The position numbers and the translations under genes are program-made. DNA of 64,000 bases from Octopus sinensis (Eukaryota): assembly GCF_006345805.1 (NCBI RefSeq), contig NC_043000.1:3596001-3660000 (forward strand), read 5' to 3'. Each line of letters opens with the position of its first letter. The first letter of the stretch is position 1. Below the pieces are notes generated by a model. The model saw only the letters and a program-made list of their open reading frames with translations. It made no database searches and was not told where the DNA came from. Below are positions 52,540 to 64,000 of the stretch, in pieces.

Positions 52540-53313
52540 GCATGGCCATGTGGTGAAAATAGATTTGGATAGCTGTGTGAAAAAGTTCCACACTCTAGCG
52601 ATTGAGGGAACATGTGGAAGAGGTAGACCCAGGAAGACCTGGGATGAGGTGGTGAAGCATGACCTTCAAACGTTGGGCCTCACTGAGGCAATGAGTAGTG
52701 ACCGGAACCTTTGGAAATATGCTGTGCTTGAGAAGACTCAGCAAGCCAAGTGAAACCATAACCTTGTGGTCTATCTCATGGGTATAACCAGCCCACTTAT
52801 ATAATGCGTACCTTTCCTTCATTGGATTCTAAACTCTGCTTGCAAAGACCTGTTGAGGCAAGGGAAATTGAAATTAAATTCGGCAACTAACAGCCATGCT
52901 AGTGGAGTGCTAAGAGTACCATCCAAGCGGGATCGTTGCCAGAGCAAAAAACACGATTCGAGTGTGATCATTACCTGCGTCGCCTTACTGGCACTTGTGC
53001 TGGAGGCAGGTGAAAAAACATTCAAGCGAGGTCGTTGCCAGTGCTGTTGGATTGGCTCCTGTGCAGGTGGCACATAAAAAAAACACCATTTGGGCATGGC
53101 CAATGCCAGTACTGCCTGACTGGCCCTCATGCTGGTGGCACGTAAAAGCACCCACTACACTCTCAGAGTGGTTGGCATTAGGAAGGGCATTCAGCTGTAG
53201 AAACTCTGCCAGATCAGATTGGAGCCTGGTGCAGCCATCTGGTTCGCCAGACCTCAGTCAAATCGTCCAACCCATGCTAGCATGGAAAGCGAACATTAAA
53301 TGATGATGATGAT
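52540..53313 (+). mobile_element. RTE LINE 3' portion: ORF2 C-terminus, 3' UTR and (ATG)n tail
   Basis: IEGTCGRGRPRKTWDEVVKHDL...AK* at 52550-52753 is continuous with the UTR seen in the many short (ATG)n-tailed copies. Confidence 0.88.
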
Positions 53314-53381
53314 ACATATATATAAAGGCGGTACTCCAGCATGGCCGTAGTCAAATGACTGAAACAAGTAAAAGTGTAAAA

Positions 53382-53419
<38 letters not shown>

Positions 53420-53878
53420 ATCCAGCAGTATGTAGGAGGGAACAATGTAAATGCTCTCTGATTGGCTCATACAGTTGTACATGAATTATCCAGAAATGTT
53501 TAGGTGCAGTAGTGATTCTTGCATTGACATGTCTGTCTGAGTTTCATGTAAAAAATGATGAGATTTAATAGGTCAAAACATTTCTCTGTTCAGTAATTCC
53601 ACATATGTTCTTGATAATCATCTTTCATCATTGTACTATTCTTTGTAGTTATTTTTTAAAAACCAACATGACAGACATCAATCTTCAGATGACCCGACAT
53701 TAATCAGAGGAAGGTGGTAGGTGTGGTGGTTGTGTATGTATATTCACAAACACAGAAGATAGATTGAGAGAGATGTGTGTATCTCAGTAATATATATATA
53801 TTTAACCCGTTATAGCATGGAAAAACAGATATAAAATGAAAAAAGAAATTATACATACATACGTATATATATATATAT

Positions 53879-53936
<58 letters not shown>

Positions 53937-53988
53937 GAGTGAGAGAGAAAGAAGGAAATATATTTGTGCGTGTGTATATATATATATA

Positions 53989-54352
53989 GGCGCAGGAGTG
54001 GCTGTGTGGTAAGTAGCTTGCTAACCAACCACATGGTTCTGGATTCAGTCCCACTGTGTGGCATCTTGGGCAAGTGTCTTCTGTTATAGCCCCGAGCCGA
54101 CCAATGCCTTGTGAGTGGATTTGGTAGATGGAAACTGAAAGAAGCCTGTCGTATATATAAGTGTGTGTGTATATGTTTGTGTGTCTGTGTTTACGTCCCC
54201 GTCACTTAGCAGTTTGGCAAAAGAGACCGATAGAATAAGTACTGGGCTTACAAAGAATAAGTCCCGGGGTCGATTTGCTCGACTAAAGGCGGTGCTCCAG
54301 CATGGCCACAGTCAAATGACTGAAACAAGTAAAAGAGTAAGAGTAAAAGAGT
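53989..54352 (+). mobile_element. SINE family A, full length
   Basis: Consensus head and (AAGAGT)n tail. Confidence 0.9.
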
Positions 54353-54688
54353 ATATATAGATACATATGCTTGTAAGTATGTGTCTGTGTACCCAAATCA
54401 CCTCTGATCAAGAAGATCTATGATCAAAGTCATTGCAACTGTGATCATCTCATCTTTTAAGGATGGCTAAGATTATGATCTGATATGTTCTTCTCTTGCT
54501 AAGACAAAGGAGGCCCGTGTGTGTTTGTGTGTGCATTTTGAGAGTGTGTGTGTGTGTGTATACATGCGTGCATGCAAATGTATATGTAGATGCAAAGTAG
54601 ATGTGATATCAATCTACCAGTACATGATGCATGAGTTTTGTGAAAACAGTAAAAAGAGGGTGGTTGTGGTGAGGTTATATATGGATTT

Positions 54689-54921
54689 AAGGCGGCGAGC
54701 TGGCAGAGACGTTAGCACACCGGGCGAAGTGCTTCGCGGTATTTCGCCCGTCGCTATGTTCTGAGTTCAAATTCCGCCGAGGTCGACTTTGCCTTTCATC
54801 CTTTCGGGGTCGATAAATTAAGTACCAGTTACGCACTGGGGCCGATGTAATCGACTTAACCACTCTGTCTGTCCTTGTTTGTCCCCTCTATGTTTAGCCC
54901 CTTGTGTGTAGTAAAGAAACA
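54689..54921 (+). mobile_element. SINE family B, young
   Basis: 13-bp TSD TATATATGGATTT at 54676-88 and 54922-34. Confidence 0.92.
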
Positions 54922-56110
54922 TATATATGGATTTCATATATGATGTACTTTAGTTACTTTCATTCTGTCCCATACTTACAGAACTATAAGATAATTCCTG
55001 AATCTCACTTTAGTTCAGACAATTTAAAAGCAAGGTGTCCAATGGAAATTACAACAGCTATTTATAACATTTTACTAAGAATTAATTTATTTCTGAAACT
55101 GCATGAAACGAAATCAATAATTAATCCCATTAGAACAGCAAATGATAATGGACAGAGCATTTTAGTTTTTTTTTTTCTTTCTTTTATCTGTCTAGAAAAA
55201 CTAGTTGAACATGTAAAAATACATATCAATATGACTCTGAATATTTTATTTAGTCATGGAAATTAGCAGTTAGTTCACATATCTATTATACATGTTGTAA
55301 TATATGCATAGAAATCCTTTTTAAAGTCATGTCTAGATGAAATATCTATTGTCTAGTGTAGCACTGCACCAAATTGTGGAATTTCAAACTCTAACATGGG
55401 AGCTTGTTAAAAGAAAAGGTTAAAAGAAAAGTAGCCAAATTGTCTTCAAATCACAACTTAGCCTGTCAGGGGGAATGAAAAAAGGACACATTAGATAATA
55501 TAGTTACAGATACATAAAAAGACAAGATCCTCAAAGTCAGAATATCTTTGATGAAAGGACTAGTGAATCATGGCTGATATAAAGTTAAAAACAAGAACAA
55601 CTTAATATTCTGAAATTTTTTATTAAATGAGTGGTTAATGATTTTTCTTTTTTTTACAGGTTAAAAGAGGAAAAGGGTAATGTCCACAGTCTCTTTAAAC
55701 CATCCTAAGTTGGGTAGATTGATGTTGAGTGTGTAGTTCAGTATTGACATCTTTAGGTTAATGTCTGCAGCAAAGATGATAAGTGAGAAGGAATTTCTAG
55801 ATAATTGAAATTTTACCTCAGTAAAATGTTGTTGTTGTTGGGAATGGGAGAAGTTTCTCTCCCTCTCTGTACATGTATGCATGTTCCCCATCAAGCAGAA
55901 CCATACTATACATGTCAGCAGTCACACAGAGGGCTTTGTAGAGAGTCAACAACTGACCATGGCTGATTCAGAGAAGAGAAGTTTATTTAAATGATGCAGA
56001 TTTGGTAATGTTATATAATGTGCAATCGACATGAAAGATCACCAGAAGATTGGAAATGTTAGTAATCAGCAGCAGCCATGAGGATTTCAGTTGTATGCTT
56101 CCTATATATA

Positions 56111-56316
56111 GGAAGCATACAACTATCGCCATGATAGATTGGTAGCCACTACACACATTTTTTTTTTCTCTCCTTGTTTCTTTCTGTGTTCCTTTCTGTG
56201 GAAGAGCGAAGGCTCGAAACATAAAAGACTTTTTCAATTCCCGAATGTTATACTAATACATCTGTTTGTTTTGTACACCTCCTGTCTTCGTCTTTTGTTT
56301 TTTTCGTGAATTCTCC

Positions 56317-56319
<3 letters not shown>
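56111..56319 (+). mobile_element. TA-flanked ~210-bp element with variant hammerhead-like motif
   Basis: CUUU-CUGUGGA-A-GAGC gaag GCUC-GAAAC-AUA|AAAG at 56192-56227; (TA)n on both sides. Confidence 0.55.
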
Positions 56320-56350
<31 letters not shown>

Positions 56351-56419
56351 AGAGTATAATTTTAAATTGTTTACTTAATATGTGTAACAGTTGTGTCTAA
56401 ATACTAACAAAAGAGACTA

Positions 56420-56800
56420 TGATGTCTAGTCTCTGTTGGAAGTTGTTTCAAAAGTCTCTGGTCATAGAAATAGTGCAAGTCTGGCATGAGGTGTCTAAGT
56501 TCTACATAGATGATGTAGAATGTTAAGGAGAACTACAATGATAGTATCATCTGCATTGGAATATACAAAATTAGAAGAAATGGGTCAATAATGTACCAAA
56601 GGAAGTTTGGCATATATTACTGACTCCAGGGTTGATAAAATGTGGTTCAGAGAGAATTCCATCAGCTCATGCTACAATGATACAGTCTGACAGGAAGCAT
56701 CTGATATGAAAGACAGAACTTATCTTTGATATTCTTATTGCCAACACAGACGAAAACTTTGTCAAAGATAAGTGGATACAGAAATGTGTGTTACATAAAC
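56420..56800 (-). pseudogene. Decayed CR1/L2-type RT fragment
   Basis: Minus strand shows FDKV- and ADD-like remnants with typical RT spacing; many stops. Confidence 0.5.
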
Positions 56801-58043
56801 AAGTTGAGTAAAAAGACAGGTAAATTGAGTGATGTAAAGACAGGGGGAAGAGAGATTGAAGTTTTGGGCAAGAACAGGAGGTAGCTGTTTGAAGTCAACT
56901 AATTAGCTGACTTATTGAATTAAAGCTATTGAAGTTTACATGTGTGTCAATTTTGTGCCTATGGTGGTGTGAAATAAGAGAAAGTAAAATACAAAAGTCT
57001 AAGGAAAATAACAGTAATTTTCATTGGTAAAAACCAATTAATGCTCACAAAATAAAATAATTTTTGATGTAATGAGGTGGGAAGGAACATTAATGATTCT
57101 ATCAAGGTCCTTTGTGTCTGAAACAGAATTTCTTCTAATTACAACACAGTTTTCTTCTATTATATGCACTTTAATCTTTTAACATTTTGGCTAAGAAACA
57201 TCATACCCCTGATAAATAGGGACCTGAGGTTGGTACAAGAATAGTAAATCACCACATTTATCTAAGTGTTGAATCATTTTATAAAATTATGAATTAATAG
57301 AGTTAGTCATATTTGTTACTTATTTTTAACTACATATTGTTCAAAGCTAAAAGCAAAAGTAAAATTCACATTTATAGAGGGTCATAATGGTCATCTGTGA
57401 AATATTGTAATGTTTGTGATAGAATTTAATCACAGTACATTATGGTTAGTTGGTACATACCTTTAAGCCTATACTACATTGTGTATGTGCAGAGAGAAAG
57501 AAATAGGATGAGAGATTTATACTTATATGAAACATTATAAATGTTCTTTGGTCTATAAACACTCTCACTATGTACTAAAATCATATCATAATTTATTCTT
57601 GGAGATAATTGCACAGGTTATCAACGTTTTATGCTTTAGATAACTTAAAATATGTTCTTTTCTTTTAATATTCAGAATATATAGAGAACAACGGAAGCAT
57701 GTCTGAATAGTTTCTCCTATTGCATCTATCACTAAAAAACATTAAAAAAAAAATCAATAATCTGTAAAAATCTTGACAGTAAATGGAATGATATGCTACA
57801 GTAAAGCAAATAGCCAAAGTAGTATTTTTTTCATCAACGATGGATAGTAATATCCATTGTAATTCATAGTAATTCTTCAACATAGTCAATCTGCAATAGC
57901 TCGATATGTTTATGAAGATAGTAGCTTCAGAGGAAAATTCAAATTGAGCTCATGTAATTCCTAAAATCTCTGAAGACCGAATCTCTTGGTAGATTATGTA
58001 AAATATTGTTTCTATTTCCAATTAGCTTCCTTGTGTTACCAAA

Positions 58044-58090
58044 ATAATAATAATAATAATATAATAATAATAATTATAATAATAATAATA

Positions 58091-58122
<32 letters not shown>
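58044..58122. repeat. (AAT)n microsatellite
   Basis: Direct reading. Confidence 0.95.
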
Positions 58123-58125
<3 letters not shown>

Positions 58126-59095
58126 GTTTCCAACTATTGTAAACAATCTTAATGAATTAGTATAAAAGGAAATGAGATTCTATTGTGATTACAGAGAAGA
58201 CCTTTAACAACAAAATACCAAACAGTTTTCTATTTTTTCTGAAACAGGCAATATGGCACAAAGTTTTGCCAGAAATTTTAATAATTTTAATCCTTTTATA
58301 GCATCTCAGATTGCAGAAACAATTTCCACCAGACAGTTGACAAGAGATAATCAAATGAAAAAGATGTACTTTTGCTTGCAATACTTAGCATGTGTTACTT
58401 CAATTGTCTAATTGAATTTAGATAGAATCAGGAGAAAATGTTAAACATGAATAAATCTCTTTCAGGTTTGATATTGAAAGGAGAATTAGCTGAAGCAGTG
58501 ACACAGCTAGAATATGATATAGTGATATACATTAACAATTCATCCGCAGATAGTGACAACAGCTGCAAATATAGTTCAGCATAAAGAGAGGGAAAAATCA
58601 ATTTCTTGTTAAGTGAGCATTTTACATATCACAAAAGTTTCTAAAGAAATCAATGACATTAAAAATATTATATATCACACATTTCCTAATAAATCTAAAA
58701 ATATATAAGATGGAATTCAAGGAACATATTTTATTTCAGTCAAAACAAATTATAAATATTTATCCTTGAATCACTTCAGAGTAGGTGTTCATAGCATTCA
58801 CTACTTACTACTTTTGAAAACAGACTTTGTTGTGCTAAGTAAAAAAGTAAGAAAGCTTAAAAATTATTCCTGTGACACTTCACATCTGAGAGAAACATAG
58901 ATAAGAAAGTGTAGTTTCTCTGAGGATAGGTGTGAAGAAATATGAAGTGAAGCCGAAATATTAGACAGGACAATAGTTGCTAACATCTACAGAAAAATCT
59001 ATTCAAATGTAATATTTGCCAAAGAGAGAAAAATTGTCAGTTTATAACTGCAATAAGCACATGATTTTGCAAATTTCTTTATCCTAGCTAAATTA

Positions 59096-60795
59096 TTAGG
59101 ATGGGCTGAAAAGTTCATAGGCTGACTATGAAGGAGTGACGCTGGAGCTGTGAAATCTTGCATGCATTAATTTAAACTCTTTTTATTAATAACTTCATTA
59201 TTTCTTTCCACATAAATTGATATCTGATTGTTCAAAGAAGACTTCAAAAGTAACTAGTAGCAACTTCTCTTGAAAATGCACAAAATTTGGTATTGTGCTG
59301 CTATCAAGCACCTGCAGAAAAAAAGGATTTAGACCCCAAGGACATTCATGTTGACATAGTTGCTACATTAAGGGATGATGCTCCAGCTCTATGAACAATG
59401 CAAAACTGAATTTAGAAGGGGAAAGGAGTGTCTTGAAGATGTCACGAGGTTTGGATGTCCTGCAACTGCCACCACCAATTAAAAAATTGATTATGTACAC
59501 CACATGGTGTACATACTTACATGGTAATGGGGGACAGGCAACTGACTATAAATCAAATAGTTAATACTATTGGATGGAAGCACTCCGTCGGCTACGACGA
59601 TGAGGGTTCCGGTTGATCCGAATCAATGGAACAGCCTGCTCGTGAAATTAACATGTAAGTGGCTGAGCACTCCACAGGCACGTGCACCCTTAACGTAGTT
59701 CTCGGGGATATTCAGCGTGACACAGAGAGTGACAAGGCCGGCCCTTTGAAATACAGGTACAACAGAAACAGGAAGTAAGAGTAAGAGAAAGTTGTGGTGA
59801 AAGAGTACAGCAGGGATCACCACCATCCCCTGCCGGAGCCTCGTGGAGCTTTAGGTGTTTTCGCTCAATAAACACTCACAATGCCCGGTCTGGGAATCGA
59901 AACTGCGATCCTATGACCGCGAGTCCGCTGCCCTAACCACTGGGCCATTGCGCCTCCACTGTTAATACTATTAGAATATCCCAAAAGGGAGATGAAGATA
60001 TTTTGCACTATGAACTTGGCATGATGAAGGTTTCTGCTCAGTGGATGCAGGTCTTCTGACACCTGATCAAAAGTGCACCAGACTGATCACATCACAGGAA
60101 AATCTGACATTGTTTGAGGCAGATCCAGCTGGTTCCCTTGAACATTCCCTAAGCCAGGATCAGTACTGGGTTCATCACTATGAGCCAGAGACAAAGAGAC
60201 AATCCATGCAGTAGAAACTACCCTCCTCACCTGCTCCAAAGAAAGCCAAGGTCGTTTCATCTGCAGGGAAGGTGATGGCTTCAATTTTGGGAGAAGCAAA
60301 AAAGCATTGCGTTTATTGACTATCTTCAAAAGGACTACACCATCAATGGAGAGTACTCTGCTGACTTGCTGAGGTAGTTACGAAGGGCTATCAAGACACC
60401 CGGGAAAATTGATGAAAGGGATCTTGTTTCATCAAAACAATATTCCAGCACACAGGTCCTTGGCTTCAGTAGCTGTTGTGTGTGACTGTGGCTCTGAACT
60501 GGTTGGTCAACCTCCTTATTCTCCTGATTTCACCCCATCTGACTATCATCTGTTCTCCAACATGAAAAATCACTTGGCTAGGAACCTGTATCACAGTGAT
60601 TAGGATGTCATATCTGCTGTTGATGACTTTTTTGACCAACAGGATAAAAGCTTCTGCACCAATGGGATCCAAGTACTGCAACACCAATGGAAGAAGTGTG
60701 AGGATCACAAAGGGGGCTATGTTAGAAAATAAACAATGTGATCACATTTCATGAGAGCATCTTGGTCAGTCTATGAACTTTTTAGCTAACCCTCA
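59096..60795 (+). mobile_element. Mariner with decayed transposase and a SINE insertion
   Basis: TIR GCTGAAAAGTTCATAGGCTGAC / GTCAGTCTATGAACTTTTTAGC with TA flanks; HYEPETKRQSMQ, KKAKVVSSAGKVMAS and PPYSPDFTPSDYHLF motifs. Confidence 0.9.
59572..59960 (-). mobile_element. tRNA-derived SINE, family-C tail with a different head and body
   Basis: Head GGCGCAATGGCCCAGTGGTTAGGGCAGCGGACTCGCGGTC; 12-bp TSD GTTAATACTATT at 59560-71 and 59961-72. Confidence 0.9.
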
Positions 60796-63269
60796 TATAA
60801 TATTATCTTCACAGTTGTCATATATTAGCTTCTTCAGAAAATTAAATTCTGACAGGCTTGTGAATATTTCTAAAATCCCTCATTTAAATCATTAATGCAG
60901 CTACAAATCCTTAAAATTTCATAATAGTATAATAATGGTGATTTCTTAATGAATCACATGAAGAAGAGCAAATTTAGAATCTGTGAGTATTGCTAAGTAA
61001 GGGAATATGTTTCAACTAAGAAAGGAAACCAAATTGTGAATTATTTCAGCTGTAGATGTATCTCCATCCCAAATACTTTCTACAGAGCAAAAAGTAACAA
61101 AACTAGCACTGGATGATGCTCCAGTATAGCTAGAACCTAAATAGCTCGAGGCAAACTAAGAACCTAAATGTTGGTCTTGGAATGGAATATTTCATAGAAC
61201 TACCTAAATGGAAGACTCTCCTTAATATTAGATTATTTTACTCTAATATTATATATTTTAGCCAATTTTTCATCAATAGAATTACATTTTTCTGGAACTT
61301 TGTTTGATCATATCTTCAAATTACACATTATTAACACATTAATTTGAACTAATCAAATAAGTTGTCAATGTAACAACTTATCTAATATATATATATATAT
61401 ATAACATTAATATACATAAAACAGAATGAAAATAATTTTATAGTGTTTAAAACACAAATATTTGCCACATAATATGGTAGGACAACTCTATGACACGTTT
61501 CACAAACTTAATGGCTCGTACATCAGATGGAAGCATATTCATCACATAACTTGATTAAGATAATGTGATGCTATTACTACTACTACCAAACAAACTGTGA
61601 TCATAGGTGCAGGTCTGATGAATTTTATCAAAGTAAAACAACATTAATCTTAAATCTACAAAAGTAAATTGTTTCCCCAGGGTCTGCCAACTATATTTGG
61701 AGTTCCCCCACCTTTCGTTATAATTATTGGTCACAACAAGACTAAATATATTTTAAGTATATTAATATTTAGTAAACAGTAAATGTACTTTCAGAGAGTG
61801 AAATATTTCAAAAACATACTGTATGATATTTCTATTTAATTTTATATAATCAATTACTGTACTAACCCTACTACCTCCCTAGCTACCCACACCCACCACC
61901 AACACAACAACCATTACTATACTACTGCCACAACAATCACTACTACTATCACCACCACCACCACCACCACCAATATTACTATTATCCTCTGCCCCTTCTT
62001 GCCTATTTTATGTGATCTTATGATAAAAAGTAATTCATTATTAAGCTAGAATTTTGAAAGAATAGATTAAATTTCTACATATTAAATGTAAATTTTGACA
62101 ATCGTAATACAACAGAAAACAATGCCATCTGGTGCTTATTCTCCCCTCTCTATATTCTATAAACCCAAAAGTTCATATCTACTTTATTTATACTTCATTT
62201 AAATCAACATAACCTTTATATAAGGTTATCAGAAATCTGGGTATGTAACATTATAGAAAGCAATATCTATAGAAAACTTTGAAATGGCAACTAAATGGTT
62301 TTTTTGTACGCAAAGTTTATAGTTATTGATCCAAAGAACTTCCAGAAAATTTTTCATGACATTTTTGAAGTTATATTACATGAGATGAATATATGTCACA
62401 ACCCATAAAACTAGAAAGCATAACAAGCTCTGAAGTAGGTAGGTACCCCTGATAGACTACATACATTAAATTATCTCACAAGAAATCTTTAGAAATAGTG
62501 GTATCTTATGAGAGTTGTTTAAACTGTTGATAGATATCTAAAACAGATATTACAAAAAGGAGGCAATTCTCAAGAAATTTTTTAGCAAAAGAGTCATTTC
62601 TTGTTTTATTTTTCTTCTCTCTTTTCATATTTTGGTCCAGCTTAAAAATTTCTCATAAAAAGAAAATTAAGATTTATCTTTAAAAGGCATCACTTTAAAA
62701 CAATGAATTATCATATTGTTTTATTTTATTTTCTGCAAGGTTTTTTTCCAAATGAAATCTTCGTTATAGTGAAATCCATATTTTATTGTGGGTCTAACTA
62801 AAGTATCACGTTATCTTCATCAAAGAAGGAAACTATGTAAAAATATTGATTTCTTATTTAGACATGATGACTGTATATCATAAACACAAAGAATGAAGTT
62901 CTATGAAATTTATGGGTTCCTAAGGGTATAAAGCAGCAGAAGTAATCTGATTTCAGTGTAAAATTGAAACTGTATCATTAACTCTAGTCACTGGTAACTG
63001 ACTAATTGTTCTACATCATTATCCTTATGGCAATTACTAATTACTTTCTGTCTGTATCCCTATCTTTTGCTCTAACCTATCTCTTTTGTTTACTCTCTTT
63101 TTCAGCTGGGGCAGCCATGTATCTCCTCTGCAGCAAGACACTTATTCTGTAGCCTTCTGTTATACTTTAACCTCTCAACTGGCACAAAGCTACCCTACCC
63201 CCTCAATACTACTCTGCCTTCTTGTTGAATAGACTTTGTCTTGTAAATTACTTGGTAAGCCCATCAATG

Positions 63270-63440
63270 CTGGTGCCACATAAAAAGCACACCAGGCTGG
63301 TGTTAGAAAGGGCATCCAGCCATAGAGATTATGCCAAAGCAAACAATGGAGCCTGGCTTGGTTCTCTGGCTTGCCAACTCCTGTCAAACCATCCAACCAT
63401 CCATGGAAAACAGATCTTAAATCATGATGGTAATGATGAA
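63270..63440 (+). mobile_element. Diverged RTE 3' end
   Basis: GGTGCCACATAAAAAGCAC...AGAAAGGGCATCCAGC...(GAT)n-like tail. Confidence 0.7.
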
Positions 63441-63676
63441 AGATGTATTAATGATTTACATAATCATATATAGTAAGAAACAAGAAAATATTTAAGGTCC
63501 TCACAAAAAAAAAAAAATTAATTTTCTCACCCACAAAATGATATATATTCAGTAACTTTAATATTTGTGTATATATCTTTAAACAGTTTTAACTGCCATG
63601 GTTAGCATGCTGCACAGACCATAACCCTAATCTCATGAATTCAAAATGTTGGGCTTTTCATCCAAGACAATATTAG

Positions 63677-63887
63677 TTTCAAATTTTGGCACAAGGCCAG
63701 TAACTTCAGGAGGAGACAAGTTGATTACATCAACCTCAGTACTTAACTGGTACTTATTTTATCAACCTTGAAGGGACGAAAGGTAAAAGTTGACCTCGAC
63801 GGAACTGGAACTCAGAATGTAAAGCCAGACAAAATGCTGCTAAGCATTTTGCCTAGCATGCTAACAATTCTGCCAGCTCACCATCTT
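63677..63887 (-). mobile_element. SINE family B, diverged
   Basis: CTGGTACTTATTTTATCAACCTTGAAGGGACGAAAGG...TTCTGCCAGCTC. Confidence 0.8.
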
Positions 63888-64000
63888 ACTCCCAAACGAT
63901 ATTGATAACATTTCTAGTTAAATGGGCACTACTAGCATAATGTAGTGAGCCAAAAGAAATTTAAGTAACTAAATCTCATGTAGAGAGGATGAAAAAAGGG

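Noticed and set aside
57665-58620. Several open frames with plausible acceptors on both strands
   Set aside because: No matching strong donors; mutually incompatible and expected by chance.

Overview
AT-rich, microsatellite-dense eukaryotic DNA. The SINE/LINE repertoire resembles an octopus/cephalopod genome; this is recall-based inference, not a search result. No intact protein-coding gene is recognisable, and nearly all listed ORFs are repeat-derived. The window holds tRNA-derived SINE families, many 5'-truncated RTE LINE ends, R4/Dong, CR1/L2 and I/Jockey-type relics, three near-full-length dead mariners, Helitron fragments, TTAA MITEs and fold-back elements. A few short candidate exons have no identifiable product. 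The most notable signal is a set of type I hammerhead-ribozyme motifs. One at 30615-30707 has a fully intact catalytic core and lies in a ~280-bp segment inserted into the (TA)n tract of a SINE, which fits a Penelope-pLTR or non-LTR retrozyme monomer. Decayed or variant copies lie near 7.0, 9.7, 46.8 and 56.2 kb, and Penelope-style inverted/tandem hairpin modules lie at 49.3-51.1 kb. An (AAT)n locus at 24.7-25.9 kb carries stacked insertions, including an R4/Dong 3' end with a fold-back 5' junction.
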